DNA of 64,000 nucleotides. It comes from Tubulanus polymorphus (lineage: Eukaryota; Animalia; Nemertea). Below, piece after piece: positions 42,245 to 56,000 of the stretch. The stretch lies in NCBI RefSeq assembly GCF_964204645.1, contig NC_134025.1:25214299-25278298 (forward strand). The letters run 5' to 3'. Under the pieces are notes generated by a model. The model saw nothing but the letters and a program-made list of their open reading frames with translations, made no database searches and was not told the DNA's origin. Numbering within the stretch: the stretch's first letter is position 1; every line of letters begins with the position of its first letter. Position numbers and translations under genes: made by a program.

Positions 42245-43517
42245 TTTGATGTTTTGTACTTAATAACAAATAACTTAAACAATGGGCTTCAAATGGAACT
42301 CGATGGGTATTAAAAATAGATAAATATGACGTAATCTGAAAAGATACAAAATAAAGTTAAAATTAGATCACAGCTGAATTATGGATAGAAATTCAAATCA
42401 TGGTGGCCGAAGTGGCTACGAATATTGTCCATACCTTTCAACTTTGCATAACACTGGCCAGCAGTATTACTATAACGACAGGATACTCTTATTATTCGAA
42501 CAGTTCGTAAAATCCGTAAAACGTTCACTCAATTCAGCGAATACACACTGAGTATCCATATCACAATTACTACTAATAATACTGCGACTAGTCCTTGAGC
42601 ACTGGTTTGATAGGAAACCAACAGATCTGTTACACCGTTGATTCATGCTCCGTTCAGCGGCCATCTATTCTTTCAAACCTATATCGAAATAAAGACCATA
42701 TTACATATACAAAACGCCGGCTAACAATTGATTATTTCCAATGCTAGCGCTTCATTGACCCGATCCCAGTGGTGTTCTACTCGATGGCTGTCAATGTTGC
42801 CATAACTACTAGAACAATGGTTAAAACTGCAGAACGACCAGGTGCCATTGTTCTTATCAATTTATTGACCCCTTCCTGGTGAACCTAACCATTGACATTA
42901 TTACTTGACCATACAGTAGCCAGGCAAACTAGAGGTAGGCCTAACGTTAACATTAGTGATTTATTAATATCAGTTTTCTCAAAAGTCAAGAGGGCGACCT
43001 AACAACATTTCATCAAAAGCAATGTTGCACCAGCATAATATCCACTAATTCTTAGATAAATACTATTTAATACAAACTAAAGTCAACAACTCTACAGTTC
43101 TCATCACCAGCACAAGGTGCCTATATGGCTATATGGCAGCAATTTTTTGAGTACCCAGCCCAGAAAACTTTGAAAATTTGCTATTTTTGTAGGTGGTGAC
43201 TGAAAACATTAGATTGGAAAATACACAAAATAAATTGCAAAATTGAGTTGTTAAGAATGTAGTTGAGGGGCATAAGACACATAGACACATGCTGCATGGG
43301 ATGGGGGATATAGGGAGCAGCTCAGCTGTAACACGTCAATAGTCAATCATCAAGTTACAGATAAATTCATCATTTCAGCTCAAGTATTCGACAATTAACT
43401 TAAATAATAAGTTCTATACGTATTCACAAATATCAAATAAAACTCTAAACGTATTCAACATCAAGCAAAGCGATCAAAAACTTTAAAAAAGTAGCGAAAA
43501 GTTGTGGATTTACGAAC

Positions 43518-43640
43518 CTGATCAATTTGTGGAAAATTTCCGTGAGAATGCGTCACTGAATCGATCAGCTGACGCAATCCGGCCAAGGTTATCATGTGAC
43601 GAGAATGAGTCCCATGATTGGCTCATGGCTATTGACGTCA
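43518..43640 (-). promoter_or_regulatory. Putative proximal promoter and non-coding first exon of UCP
   Basis: CRE TGACGTCA 43633-43640; CCAAT (minus) 43617-43621; half-CREs; Inr-like TCAGT near 43556; donor CAG|GTTCGT near 43518. Confidence 0.5.
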
Positions 43641-46286
43641 TTTCGGGATTTCACTAAGGAATCCCTAATGTCAAAAATAGCGTGGTTGTGGGTCAATTCA
43701 ATACGCAATAGACTAGCGACTATAATCAAATCGTTGGTGGTAGTTTTGAGAATCTGATAGGATTGTGTCAATATCCAATCTTAAAACTATATCATACATA
43801 GAGTCAGATTACTGACAATATGCGCATTATTCCAGATATTTAATTTTCATTTTAGTAGAAAAATTAAATCTGTCAAAATCGATAGTAAAAGACAAAAAGT
43901 CGTCACATCCGACATCCTTTTTAAACGCGGCAACTCTTTTCTTCCATTGCAAAACTATAGATTTTAAATTCATGCAGTCTCTATATATTTATATTTGACA
44001 TTGTCAGAGTCCATTTTGGAACATTTCGACTCGTATCAATACGCTGGCTATAAGTGAGTGTGTGGAAGTCAATTTCCAACAATATAGAAAAGGCTATAAC
44101 CGAGTAGGTAGAGAAAACCCCAGTTTTGGGCCTACGATTGAAAAATAATCATCAAAAGTCTCAATAGACTTACCTCCATGGTTGCATCTTTCTTACTAGC
44201 GAAGTCCCACGATGTGTTGTGACTATAAAAACACAACAGCTGCGCCGACACACCTCCGACATAGGCAAATATACACCAATGAAATTGCTAGAAACGAAGG
44301 CGTGAGCGGTTTTACCTCCGTTGATTGGTCAAACCCCTCGTATCGACGAAGGTCATGGCGACGACTTGGCCACGATCCAAAATCATAAGTTCAAACTTTT
44401 GACTTATTTTACAAAGCTAAGTGAAAAAACACGTGTCATGAACTGTGACAATTTATTAGGATTGCATAGATAATTATTTTCACACAGAAAATACACAAAG
44501 TTTTAATCGATAATTCTCACATATGCGATGCTATAAATTTTTGAATTATCAACTAGAATAGAAGGAAGAATTTTCGTTTTTGAGCAATCATTGATCATCG
44601 GATAGCTTTAAACTGGCAAAAACCTAAAACACTACACGCTGAACAAACCATCTGCCCTTCCCCTCAAAGAAATATAGAGGCTGAGATTTTTTTCTTTTCG
44701 AGAAGAGAAACACGTACATTTGCCACTACAAAAAAAATACAATCTAGAAAGAAAAATGCTTAATTTTCAGAAGAATTGATTAAGGTTAAAGGTTTTGATT
44801 GATAGTCATTGATCGATTTTATATAACAGTCACCAGAAGAATAATAAATATCTGGTATAAACTAAAAACAATACATTTTGTATATTCATCAATAAAATCT
44901 AGCACCATTTATATATAATACATATGTTTTGAATCAAGCCACATTTTTATTTTCATTTTTATTTATAAACAAAGTGAAATCACTATCAGTCACAATTACA
45001 CAGATCTCAAATCAAACCAAATCATACGTTTAAAAGTTACTGAAAAATTAAACCCGTTGCAATTACACTCTAAATAAAGGTCTTTGATTCTATTCAGCTA
45101 GAATTACGAAATCCCCGACACTTGTGGAACATGTCTCACAAAGGTAGACGGAATTAACAAAAATATTTGAAATTTCAAAATTCGAATAGGTGGGAATTTC
45201 CTTGTACATGTATGTGCACTACAAAAGGAGTTAAGTATGTTCTATATGTGAAACATTGCAAAAATCCCATTACTGTAAAGATTGCACAATACTGATAAGA
45301 AAGCAAAATCTCATTACTATACAGATTGCACAACAGTGATCAGAAAGCGAAAGTAAATCGATATAACTGACTTTGATTGATTGATGATTTAAATGGAAGA
45401 AATACTTTGTTAGGAAGACATGCATCAAATGATTCATAGATAGATATCACAACGATTTCATATACATAACCGGTACATACTGTATAATATTTTGTATAAT
45501 GTCATGTAAATCTACTATAATAATATTTACTGTGCTTAACTATAATTTTTTTTGGGCAATCAAATTTGCCATAGCTCACTTATTCTTCTGATTTGATAAG
45601 GTTACTTCTATACTAATCACATAAAATATGAGCGTGGCAACAATCTGATTAATTCAAGATAATATGGAAAAGTCTATTTTCACATGATGGCATACAACTC
45701 GAGTAAAACTTATGACAAGTATAAATTTTGTGTATAATCTCATGTAAATTTACAATAATATCTACTGTGCTTAACTGAATAGTTCGTAAGCCTAAAGACA
45801 CGGAAAAGTCTCATTACGACTCCTTGTGTAAAACTTTTGACAAAATATCATTTTTATAAAAATACACATTGCAATCTATACTGTAATCATTGAGCGATAA
45901 ATCGAATTGAACGTTTTGATTTCATATCATTCTCATTTTAAAGCAAAAACACAGGGCTGGAAATGAGTTCTTTCATTTCAAAGCAATACGTTTGATTTAT
46001 TTATGAGTAATCTCTGATGCAAATCGGTGTCTAATGCAATTTAGATGAGACAATTAACAATATTAAGAGTTTAATATGGTATTGCCCGTATAAAACACAT
46101 GACTAAATTCTAAATCCTCTTGGATCAACAAGAAAAGAAAATACATTAAATAGATTGACTCTGAATGCAAAACCGGTATTTGCAGAAGCGATGACTTCGA
46201 TACGATTTTACTGGCAGTATCAGAGGGCTCATCCTGACTGTTACATTGTTCTGAGACATAGAACGCAGATAGGGAGATCTCATTCG

Positions 46287-49200
46287 TCACACGTCTTTTT
46301 CATTGATTTCCACTTTAATCAACGTATATAATTTTTTGTATTCTGTGGCTACGACTTTGTATTTTAGACTTGATAAACCATCCGTCGAAAAGCGTGTGAA
46401 TGCTCTTTGCAGCAGTGACCATCTAGAACGAAACGGTGATTTAACTCAAATGTGGTATAAAAAAAAGAATGAAATGGAGGGAACAATTATTTCTTTTTTA
46501 TCAATTCAGACGTACTTAATCTTAACCTGACATTCTAAATGAACTCATTCATTTCTCTCTGGTTTTATCTAATCACGTTTAAGATATCAATTGAATTGTT
46601 TATCTAAAGTAAAAGTCATATCATCCATTGTCTTTCAGGTTTAAACAATATATATATTGTTTGCATATATTATATGGATTCTCTGTAAACTGGTGCAAAA
46701 TCACTGTTCCTTCAAATTGGTTCACCTATGTACTTACAGTACATTTCTATTGAGTGCCCACTAATTTAAGGCATGAATGAATAGCATATGACTTTCAGTA
46801 TCATACGACTATTCACCAGTTCAAATAAACGTCACACAACAACAAGTTTGAAATTGTCAACTGGTCAAACGGGGCTTTTGACCCCTGTAAGATGATATGT
46901 ACCTGTCTGACCTGGGTTGGATAGTCAAAGGGAATTTGATCACATAATTTTCTGAGGAACACATGATTTCATGTATTAAAACTCAACTATCATGCCAATA
47001 TGACAGAAATACATTTTCTTGTTGTAACATGAAGTTCCATCTAATTTTAAGTACGTTGCGTACAAGAATGAAAACACAAACAAACCTTTTAGGATTTGCA
47101 ATACCGCCTTTATGAGAAACCATCTTATAACGAGCAATATTGACAGGATATCTTTTTATTTTCAAGCCTGCGTGTTTAACCCTACAAAAAGTTTACCAAA
47201 ATATATGATAAAGAAATGAGGATAGATTAATTTTAGTGCGATTTTTGGCCAACAGTGGCAGCACAATCTACTAATGCTTATAAGCGAGCTCGGTGGTCTA
47301 GTGGTATGATGCTGCTTATTACCTGTAGGCCAAATCATCGTCTTCACCTCCCCATCCCCAATACTTGTTTGAAAATCCATTGATCTTGGAAAAGTGCACC
47401 TTGCTAAGGGTGCATGCTCCCCCGAATATGTCCGTGTAAGGCAGTCTAAAATATGAAATGAAAAGAACAAAAGCAATCAGCTTTGGGTTAATACCTGATG
47501 AATAGAGGGTTTATACCTGGTAAGTCAAAATAATGAGGTTGCTATTGACACATAAATTGTTACATGACTATGTATATTTTCATAAATACCTGTAATTAAA
47601 TTTGTCGATAGCAACTGATAAATGCCGTGGCTGCTCTGGACATGAGTAAATATTACGATCATCTTCAGGAAGAAGATCAACATCATGAAAAACGTAACAT
47701 TGGAAGTCATAGACTTTATTTGCCTCTACGTATCCAATGTTCATCAACATTGCCCGGTTGAATTTAATGCCTGGCATCTGAAAAAGTTGTATACACGTAC
47801 TGTATTCATTTTAATTGAGACATGAAACATGTTTTATATATACAATCCCTAGCAGTTTACACAATTACAAAGTAATGAAATGAAAGTTTTAGCGAATCAA
47901 CAAAATAAGATTTATCATCCATTGCCATTCTATTTGAAAAAGAACGTATTTACACCAGTTACTGCCTTGATATGGGCATTGGTACATTTTTTAAGATCAT
48001 TTGTTATTTACAAATATTTTCATATTTTATACACGTGTATTTTATTGCATAGAAAAATCAGAATGTTTTTCAGAAAGGGATGGTTAGCACTGTACTCACC
48101 TCCTCAATAACAAATATTTGATAATCCAGCTGTTGTTTCTGAAGAAATGGATGCATATGACTAAGAAACATCCGAAGGTGTTCATGGCGATCTCTAAACG
48201 GTATGATTATTGCTACACGATGCCTCGATATACAAGCTGTTGGTTTCCAGTGGCCACCAGGTTGCAACTCTTGATGTTTATTCTCCAAGTCAAGAAAGCT
48301 TGGTTTATCCAATTTGACGCGTATTCTACCAACTACAAACAATGATAACGTACAAAAATATAGCATGCATTAATTGAACTCTGTTGTATAAATGCTCTAA
48401 CGATTTATTTACACTTTTGTCTGGTCCCCATTAATCAAAATTACTAACTTATTCACTGGGAGTAAAGTGATTATATTCATAATAACAGTAAGAAATTCTA
48501 TGGAAATCATTTCAAGGTTCAGGAAAAAATATAATTCTAAGTTCCACGATAATCAGAAAGCCAAAAAGTTAAAATATCGAAACAATAAAATTTATCTTAA
48601 AATCCGAGTTTTCGGTTGTTCAAAAAATAGAAAAAAGTTATCAAGGAATAAAAAGCGAAAAACCAAAAAATTCAGATTTTAAAATGAATTTCATTGTTTC
48701 GATATCTTAACTTTATCGGCATTCTGATTGTGGGACTGTGGCACACCACAAGGTTCTACCTACCGGTAGTCAGGAATAATCATCACTTAGCGAATATAAA
48801 CAAGTTTACGTTAACACATGAATCAGCTTACCTAGATTAGGTGGTAACATTGGACATTGAGAAATACCAGTTGTATTTTCTGCAGGTGACTACAAAGAAA
48901 TTTAATAATTCAATGGCGTTTATAGACAATGCTCTCAAATCATCTTGTTTCCAATACAAAATCCATTGTATACAAATTAACATATTTTCCATAATTCTAA
49001 CAATTTAATAAGCAAGTGGATATTTTGCCAATGCGGCATTATCTTAGTAAACGCTATTTTACCAATGGCTATATATAATAAGATATACTTATAACATATA
49101 ACAATAAAATCATTATATTGGGTTTAGGATTAGGGTTTCGTTAGGGTTAGGGTCTTGAGGGTCCAGAGGGTTAGGATGCGGTTTAGGGTCCGTTTTTTAT

Positions 49201-49980
49201 CCCTAGGGATAGGGCTAGGATAAGGTGAGGTTATATGTAGTTAAAACTTACGGCAGAACAGCAGTGAGCCCGATGGTCCGATGGAAAGACGTTAAACTAG
49301 TAATCTGCTGGTCGGGGTTCGAATCCCGCTCTATGCTCCTATTTTCTCTAACTCTGTTCTCGACACTTTCCTTGAATTTCTTAAGTCGCCCACCTTAGTG
49401 CCAGGCGCGGCGTCAATTAGCCGATCAGAACGTGCCATTGGCAATATAGCGTTAACAGGAATAATGCCACATTGGCAAAATATCACTTGCCATTTAATAA
49501 ACCCACATTTTAACCAATACTATACATGTTATTTTCATAGGAGCCAGTCATAGATAACTTGACTCGCAATATATCTATCATCTTTGACTATGAAATTCCC
49601 CTGACGTACTGAATGCCCCCTGATATTTATCCATAGAGGATACATCAGGTGGCGTAGCCCCTATTTTTAAAGGATAACACCGATATACATACATGTATTG
49701 AAGCCCTGTTCCTCGTCAGATCTTGGGTCACCATTTTTGTACTGTATCCTATGCTGCCATTGAAGTTCCGAAGAGAAGCGTCATTTCGGCCTCGGGAGGT
49801 TTGTTGATTCCAAAACCGATTGATATTCAGGTGCGATGACAAACTAGTGAACGGCGATCGAGTCTTAAATATGAATAGATTTACTCCATACTGCAGAAGT
49901 ATAAGCGTCAGAACGACGATGATAACAAAACGTAATCTCCTTTCATAAAAACAGTTCATGCAGCAACTGAGACCAACCAT
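46287..49980 (-). CDS. GT7 beta-1,4-N-acetylgalactosaminyltransferase (bre-4/B4GALT family), type II membrane protein, 7 coding exons
   Basis: N-terminal TM segment; VAIIIPFRDRHEHL; FNRAMLMNIG; FHDVDLLPEDD; LPYTDIFGG; YWGWGGEDDD; YKMVSH. Confidence 0.92.
49011..49491. mobile_element. Non-autonomous TIR element with TTAGGG-like repeats and a tRNA-derived segment
   Basis: ~57-bp imperfect TIRs (GCAAGTGGATATTTTGCCAATG..CCAATGGC and GCCATTGG..CATTGGCAAAATATCACTTGC); ATTTAATA(A) duplicated at 49003 and 49492. Confidence 0.8.
49267..49337 (+). pseudogene. tRNA-derived (Thr-AGT-like) Pol III cassette or SINE head
   Basis: A-box-like TGGTCCGATGG, loop CTAGTAA and B-box GGTTCGAATCC; stems do not pair properly. 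Confidence 0.6.
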
Positions 49981-52606
49981 TTTTCATCATTCGATGTTCG
50001 ATGAACACTGCAGTTGGACATCAGGTGCAGTGGAATACTGCAAGACAAATTTTCATTACACTATTATGCATTTTAGATATATCGTAGAATGCGTACACAG
50101 CTTGAATTTTTTTAAATTGCATTCACCTGAAAGGTAAATAAAAATGATAACGGCGAACAAATTTACATTTCAAGTGTGCAAATATAATAAGCATTATTAC
50201 AAGAAACTGTTGTTCAATACAGTGTTTTCAAATTTGGGCAAAATTGTACTACACCATTAAATGTATAAAGAAAGAGTTAAATATAAGTCCCACAGTCATG
50301 AAACCGAAAAGTTAGAATTCATCTTTAAAATTCCAAATTTTCATATTTTCACCTACCTGGTATCTATCCTGTACATAACTTTTTTAAAATCATGATCTTA
50401 AGTTAAGAAAGTGGATGGCCTAGTTCACTTAGCATATTGAGAAATTAAACTAGATCGCCAAATCAATAATGATTGGAACAGTTTTCTTACACAGTATAAG
50501 TAAATTTCAGTAAATTAGCTTTTCCGAATCATGTCCTAGACCTCACCCTTCGTACGGCAAAAAGGTCCTTCAAACTGTGTCCAAATATCATGAAAAAAGC
50601 ATGTAAATACATTCCCCTAGTCCCAAATATATATATATGTGTAATCAATCGAAAAGAATACAAATAGGCCCACGAATCTTCATTATACTCCATCCAAGGA
50701 AAAACAGTATTAACAATTATTTAAAGAAACAGGAAATAAAAGTATTTTAAAACATAACATATGTTATTTACAACATACTATTTACATATTACCAGAGGGA
50801 TCTATACACATCCAGACCGAATTTGATAAATTTAGCCAGTTAAAAAGTTGGATTTTTAAAACATCAAATTGTATATAAACTCCCCCTGGTGGGGAGACAA
50901 AAAGCTGGGTTATGCGAGATACATTCTTACTATATTAGCACTTAAAGCAATTTACTATAGGAGACAAAGCGATGGATTGAGGGTTTTTATGCAAGTTACA
51001 ATAACATTGAGGTTGCCAGTCACACGATTAATTGATGCATGTCCGAGGGAGTATACTGGATTAGTACTCATTTCATGATTTTCTTAAATTCTTTAAAACA
51101 AGTTGATAGCAAGAGATAAATGTTGTAACAGCATTGGAAAGGAAATCAATTTCTACCATCTCCTTGCGACGGGCCTATATTGGTAATGACTTATTTAAAA
51201 TGTTTAAGTCTGTATCAAATACACAGCTGATATAGTACTACCGGTATATAAGGCTATTTCCAAATGAAAGCAACCCTAAGTTTGGTGTCAATAGTCCTAC
51301 AATAATGGGTGGCTACGTCGTAACCTAACCATGTACCGGTATGTGATTCGACCCTGGGCTTCACCCAGTCCTTAAAGTGGCCGATTCACAGGCTCCATGT
51401 ACTAAAGAGCTCACGTGAACCACATGGGATGTGATATTGATTTACCACTGACAGTGACACTTTTAGGTTCTCAGTGAACACGCCACACATATAGCTGATA
51501 GCATAGAGATAACCTCAAAATAAACACTAAATTATGAAAAATTACTTTCTTTCATTCCTACAAAAAGAGCACATGCTTAATTTCGATCACATGTATCATT
51601 CATGCTGGTGTGTGTGTGCACTGTATTGTATAGGGAGTTAATGAGGCGTTACACATGACATTAATGACATCACGCCTCATTGGAATGGATTTTATATATA
51701 CTTTATACATTGGATTAACAGATTATCGTGTTTACATTACCTACAACTCTGATACAAGCCCCCTGTAGTAGTAGGTTTTTACAATTTTTTTTTATAGTAG
51801 GCCCTGTCTATGCAGTATTTTTACTTACTAGCTTGATAGGCCACTTTATTTCATCTTGGCACGAGTTTCTCTTTCTTTCACCTGCAGAATATTACTTCCC
51901 ATTTCTCCAAATAAATGTCTTTAATATGGATATTTTAGGGCTTTAATTCAAGAGTTGTATTTTCAATAATCGGCCAAACCGCCCTCTAGCGAGCTTATTT
52001 CATTATCCTATTTACCAAAATAAACAGATGAAATGAATCTATGATACTGGCGGGGCGGGAACGCTGACGACCCTCACTATCGGTTGCAAATTCATGAATC
52101 CGTTATTCCTATTTCCTCAAAAAGTTTTTAAAAAACAAGAAAACGAATCTATTTATCATTTAATCCAGTTTATTTTCATCACTTGGTTTGCATTAAGAAT
52201 TATTAAGCCATCAAGCAAGGGAATTTGTCTCTAAGAGAAAAGTTACGAGATATCCAATTGGACGATTTTGAATATTGATTATAAAGACTGCTTTATGTCA
52301 TCATCGACAAAGATGTCAAAATTTGTGCTAGTTTGTTTATCACAGTAATTCAACCACAGCCTGTATGTAGCCAGGAATTTTCAATTGAAAATGATAATGA
52401 TTTTCTGAATTTATACATTTCAACCGTTCCTCGAAATCAGACTTGCTTACGATATCATAATTAGATATATTGATTAAGATCTAGGGGGTAAAGGAAAATC
52501 ACACAATGCGCACATGCTGAAGCTGAGGGTTTAAGAGCACCTATTCACACACATCTCAATCTTTCATGGTGGGGATTCATATGACCATATGGCGACTATA
52601 TGGTTG

Positions 52607-52965
52607 CCAACTTATCCCGCAAGCTATCTTTTCAGGCATTCAGAGTTTAACACCGACCTATCCCACAGTTATCTATTTCGGCATTCAGATGTTTTATACC
52701 TATACGACCACTATCAATTTAGGGATTAAGACACTCTGTACACCAACATATCACTCCACTGGCTTGTTAGGGAGTGTACACCACCTATCCCACCGCTACG
52801 TATCTGTTTGGGCATTCAGACTTTTTGTACACCAACATATCTGACCACTATCTGTTTCTATCCCAGTTTGGGCAGTCAGATGTTGTTTTATACACCAACC
52901 TATACCTCCACTATCTGTTTGGAGATTTAGATTCAAGGTACACCAACCTATCCCACCACTATCTG
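52607..52965. repeat. Degenerate minisatellite, about 8 units of roughly 40-60 bp
   Basis: Recurring TACACCAACCTATCCCACCACTATCTGTTTGGGCATTCAGA-like unit just downstream of the IAP stop codon. Confidence 0.8.
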
Positions 52966-53054
52966 CTATCTTATTGTGCCTCTACTAAAAGATTCTTCAT
53001 CTATAAGTACCTTAACCCTCGTTTTGGGGTTGCATGTACCGGTAGTTAGTTAAG

Positions 53055-56000
53055 CTAAGACATAAAGGTTCGCACAGTACCACGAATATTAGCTCGACAG
53101 ATAGGACACTTTTTCATAGCTGGGGCACATCCTCGACATGAGACCAAATGGCCACATGGTAGGAAAACTATATCAGCCTTGTTATCCATACAGATCTTAC
53201 ACATCAATTCCTCTTTCAGCTTCCGTATTTCATCATCTGAAAATAGCAAACATTTAAAATGTAAAACCCAGAAATTGAATAGAATTTGAATAATGCTCAT
53301 GTAGTTATACAAACTTTCGTCATCCTTGTGTACGTCTTTTACAACTGTTGTTTCTGCTTTTTCTTTGGAAACTATTAAAATACAATGAATTACATCATAC
53401 GTCATACTACAATACAGGAGCAACGAGGTTACTGTACAATATGTATAAAGGCAAATTATCAAAATACCTTTTCCATGATTCAGTAAATCTCCAGCTTGCA
53501 CACTTCTGTTTGAATCTTCACTACTTCCACCACCTGTTTTGGAATTTTCATTAGCGGTTGAACCTTGAAAGATGGTAAACTTATCAGTTCAAAATATAGA
53601 TAACATCTACAGTTTAACCCATTTATTTTAATCTTTAAGGGAGGACTGATCACTGCATTAACATTATCTAACTTACCGGTATTCTTTTTCGTTTGTTTTG
53701 GACGATCATCTAGTTCCTCTTCAACTCGCTGCTCAAAATATGACACACCTTTTTGCATCACCAATGGTTCCAATTCAAAAAGAGCCTCCAGTAACTGTTG
53801 TGCACTGTTGAAATCATCCCCTGTTAAAAAATTGAGGGAAATTAATCAACCATTGAATAATTTTGCAAAGAATGATATACAAAGTTTCATGGTGCCCAAA
53901 GCATCAGTTGGGTACTGGAGACTCGAATCCTAATTTCTAAACAGTAAATGCATATTAAAAACCAATGACTTACTGGCACTCTGACATACCTGTTTCTCTT
54001 AGCTGTTTACAGAGTACATATTTGACAAGAGCAATGTTGTATCCCATATCTAACACCCGGCGCACGATGGCTCTGTCCAAACGTGCACGGATCTCACGTG
54101 CTTGTACACGAAACACTACGTTAGAATGCTCAGAATGATCTGCAATTTAAAGAATATATTAATAAATAAGCCGTTGCGATGAAAAACCTGAAATACAAAC
54201 TTTCATCAAATGAAGACTCTGCTCTTACCAAGTTCAACCGCAGCATCGGATGCACGATCATTGTTCATGTATGGGAAGATATCTTCATTTTGCTGCGCTG
54301 CTGATGAATCACAGGGTGGAATATCAAGCCCTCCAGAAACAAGATATTCATTCATCTGTTCAAATAAAATTACAATTAAAAAGCTCATCTAAATTCTCTT
54401 CATTATCTAGAGTTAGAAAGGACACTTACTGCTGATGCTTGGTCGCTATATTGATCGAGAACATTTTTTACGAAATCTGTACCTTTTCGCTGATGAAGGA
54501 ATCCACACTGTGGAAACCAACGGCAATGCTCGATCCACGGGTCATCAGTAGGCTCCCAATTTCGAAGTCCTCCGTCACAGAAAAAACAGCGTACGTTATC
54601 AGCGCGACCTGGAAATTGAACAAAAATTCAATTTGATTACTGGGTCAGTAAATTAGAAGATACTGGTATTCGTATATCAGCAGATATGAAGTTTAACCAC
54701 TAACATTGAACTTTGGTGGACAAATAACTGATGAATGCAAACCATTTTATACATGTATATATCTAAAAAACTGGTTATACATGTATCTAAAAGACTGAAA
54801 ACACTTTCCACATACCTGAATAATACAATCCACATTCAACAAGAGCCATCGGTGATTGACTATTAGTCATTGGCCAATTGTGAAATGTCTCCATACGAGC
54901 AGATGGTTGTAAATATTCTGGATGTTTTGGTGTCTCCAGAATGCGGCCAATACGAGGATCTACAGATGACTGAGATCCAGTGCCTCTTGATAATACGCTG
55001 CTAGCGGATCTACCCAGTGATTGCTGAACTATTGCCAACGATTCTGGTTGAGAAACGTTCAGATTTTCATGATCTCTTTTTATGGGAATATTTCCAACAT
55101 CTAGATTAAGAACGAATGGACATGTTGAAAAATGTCGCCTATGTTCAATCATCGCTCGGTCTCCTTTTACCCAATTACGAAGTATGCCACTGCAGAATGC
55201 ACATTTTGTCCTGTCTAAAGAGCCAATGAAATAGAAACCAGCTTTCGCCAGCTCCTCAGAAGTCAAAATGGAGGATTTCGTCCAAGAACTAAACGTTCTC
55301 AAACGAGCTGCTTCAGATTTCATATCTTGTCCTTCAGGATTATTTACCGATGAGGTTTCTTTAACATTCAGTTGCTGAGGTATACTTTTCGCTTTTCCAT
55401 CCTCATCAAATGTATGCGTATAGTATCTAAGGGTAGCACCAGTAACCGAATTTGGAGAAGGCCGCTGTCTCGACTGGCTCAGAGTCGTCTCTCGTGCTTG
55501 ACTGGACAACACTGTTGGCGAAGTTGATGGTTCAGCTTGATTCGAAATAACCAGATTATGTTCAATGCTGTGTAATAAGTCAGGTACGTTATTATCCTGA
55601 GGGATGAATAACACGTCCCGGTTACTTCCGGGCGTAGCTGATCTGAGTTTTTGTAACATCCCGTTCATCTTTTCATTGAATTCATCCATTTGCCGAGGAG
55701 GAGGATCAAACGGGACATTGTCTTCGCAGTGACCGCATACAAAATCACAATCAGGGTAAAAACGCTGATGCGCATCCATCGGTAGCCACCCGGGCTGCCA
55801 GTTCGTGATTTTACCGTGACAACAAAAGCAAACCACCTCATCCATCCATCCACTTGCATAGAAGCCTGCAGCAGCCAGCAGTACTGGCCTGGCAGCTGAA
55901 TGAATGGGCCACTGGGAAAATGATGCCAATCGCACGATTTCTAACTGGTATTTCTCATCTGGTAATAAAGGCGGTCCGTGTACAGATTTCTCAATGAAGG

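Noticed and set aside
49120-49233. True telomere or chromosome-fusion scar
   Set aside because: Short, degenerate, single orientation and enclosed by TIRs with a TSD
49267-49337. Functional tRNA-Thr gene
   Set aside because: Acceptor, anticodon and T stems do not pair properly, and it lies inside a TIR element
52607-52965. CRISPR array
   Set aside because: Units are degenerate tandem copies with no identical repeats or unique spacers; eukaryotic context and no cas genes
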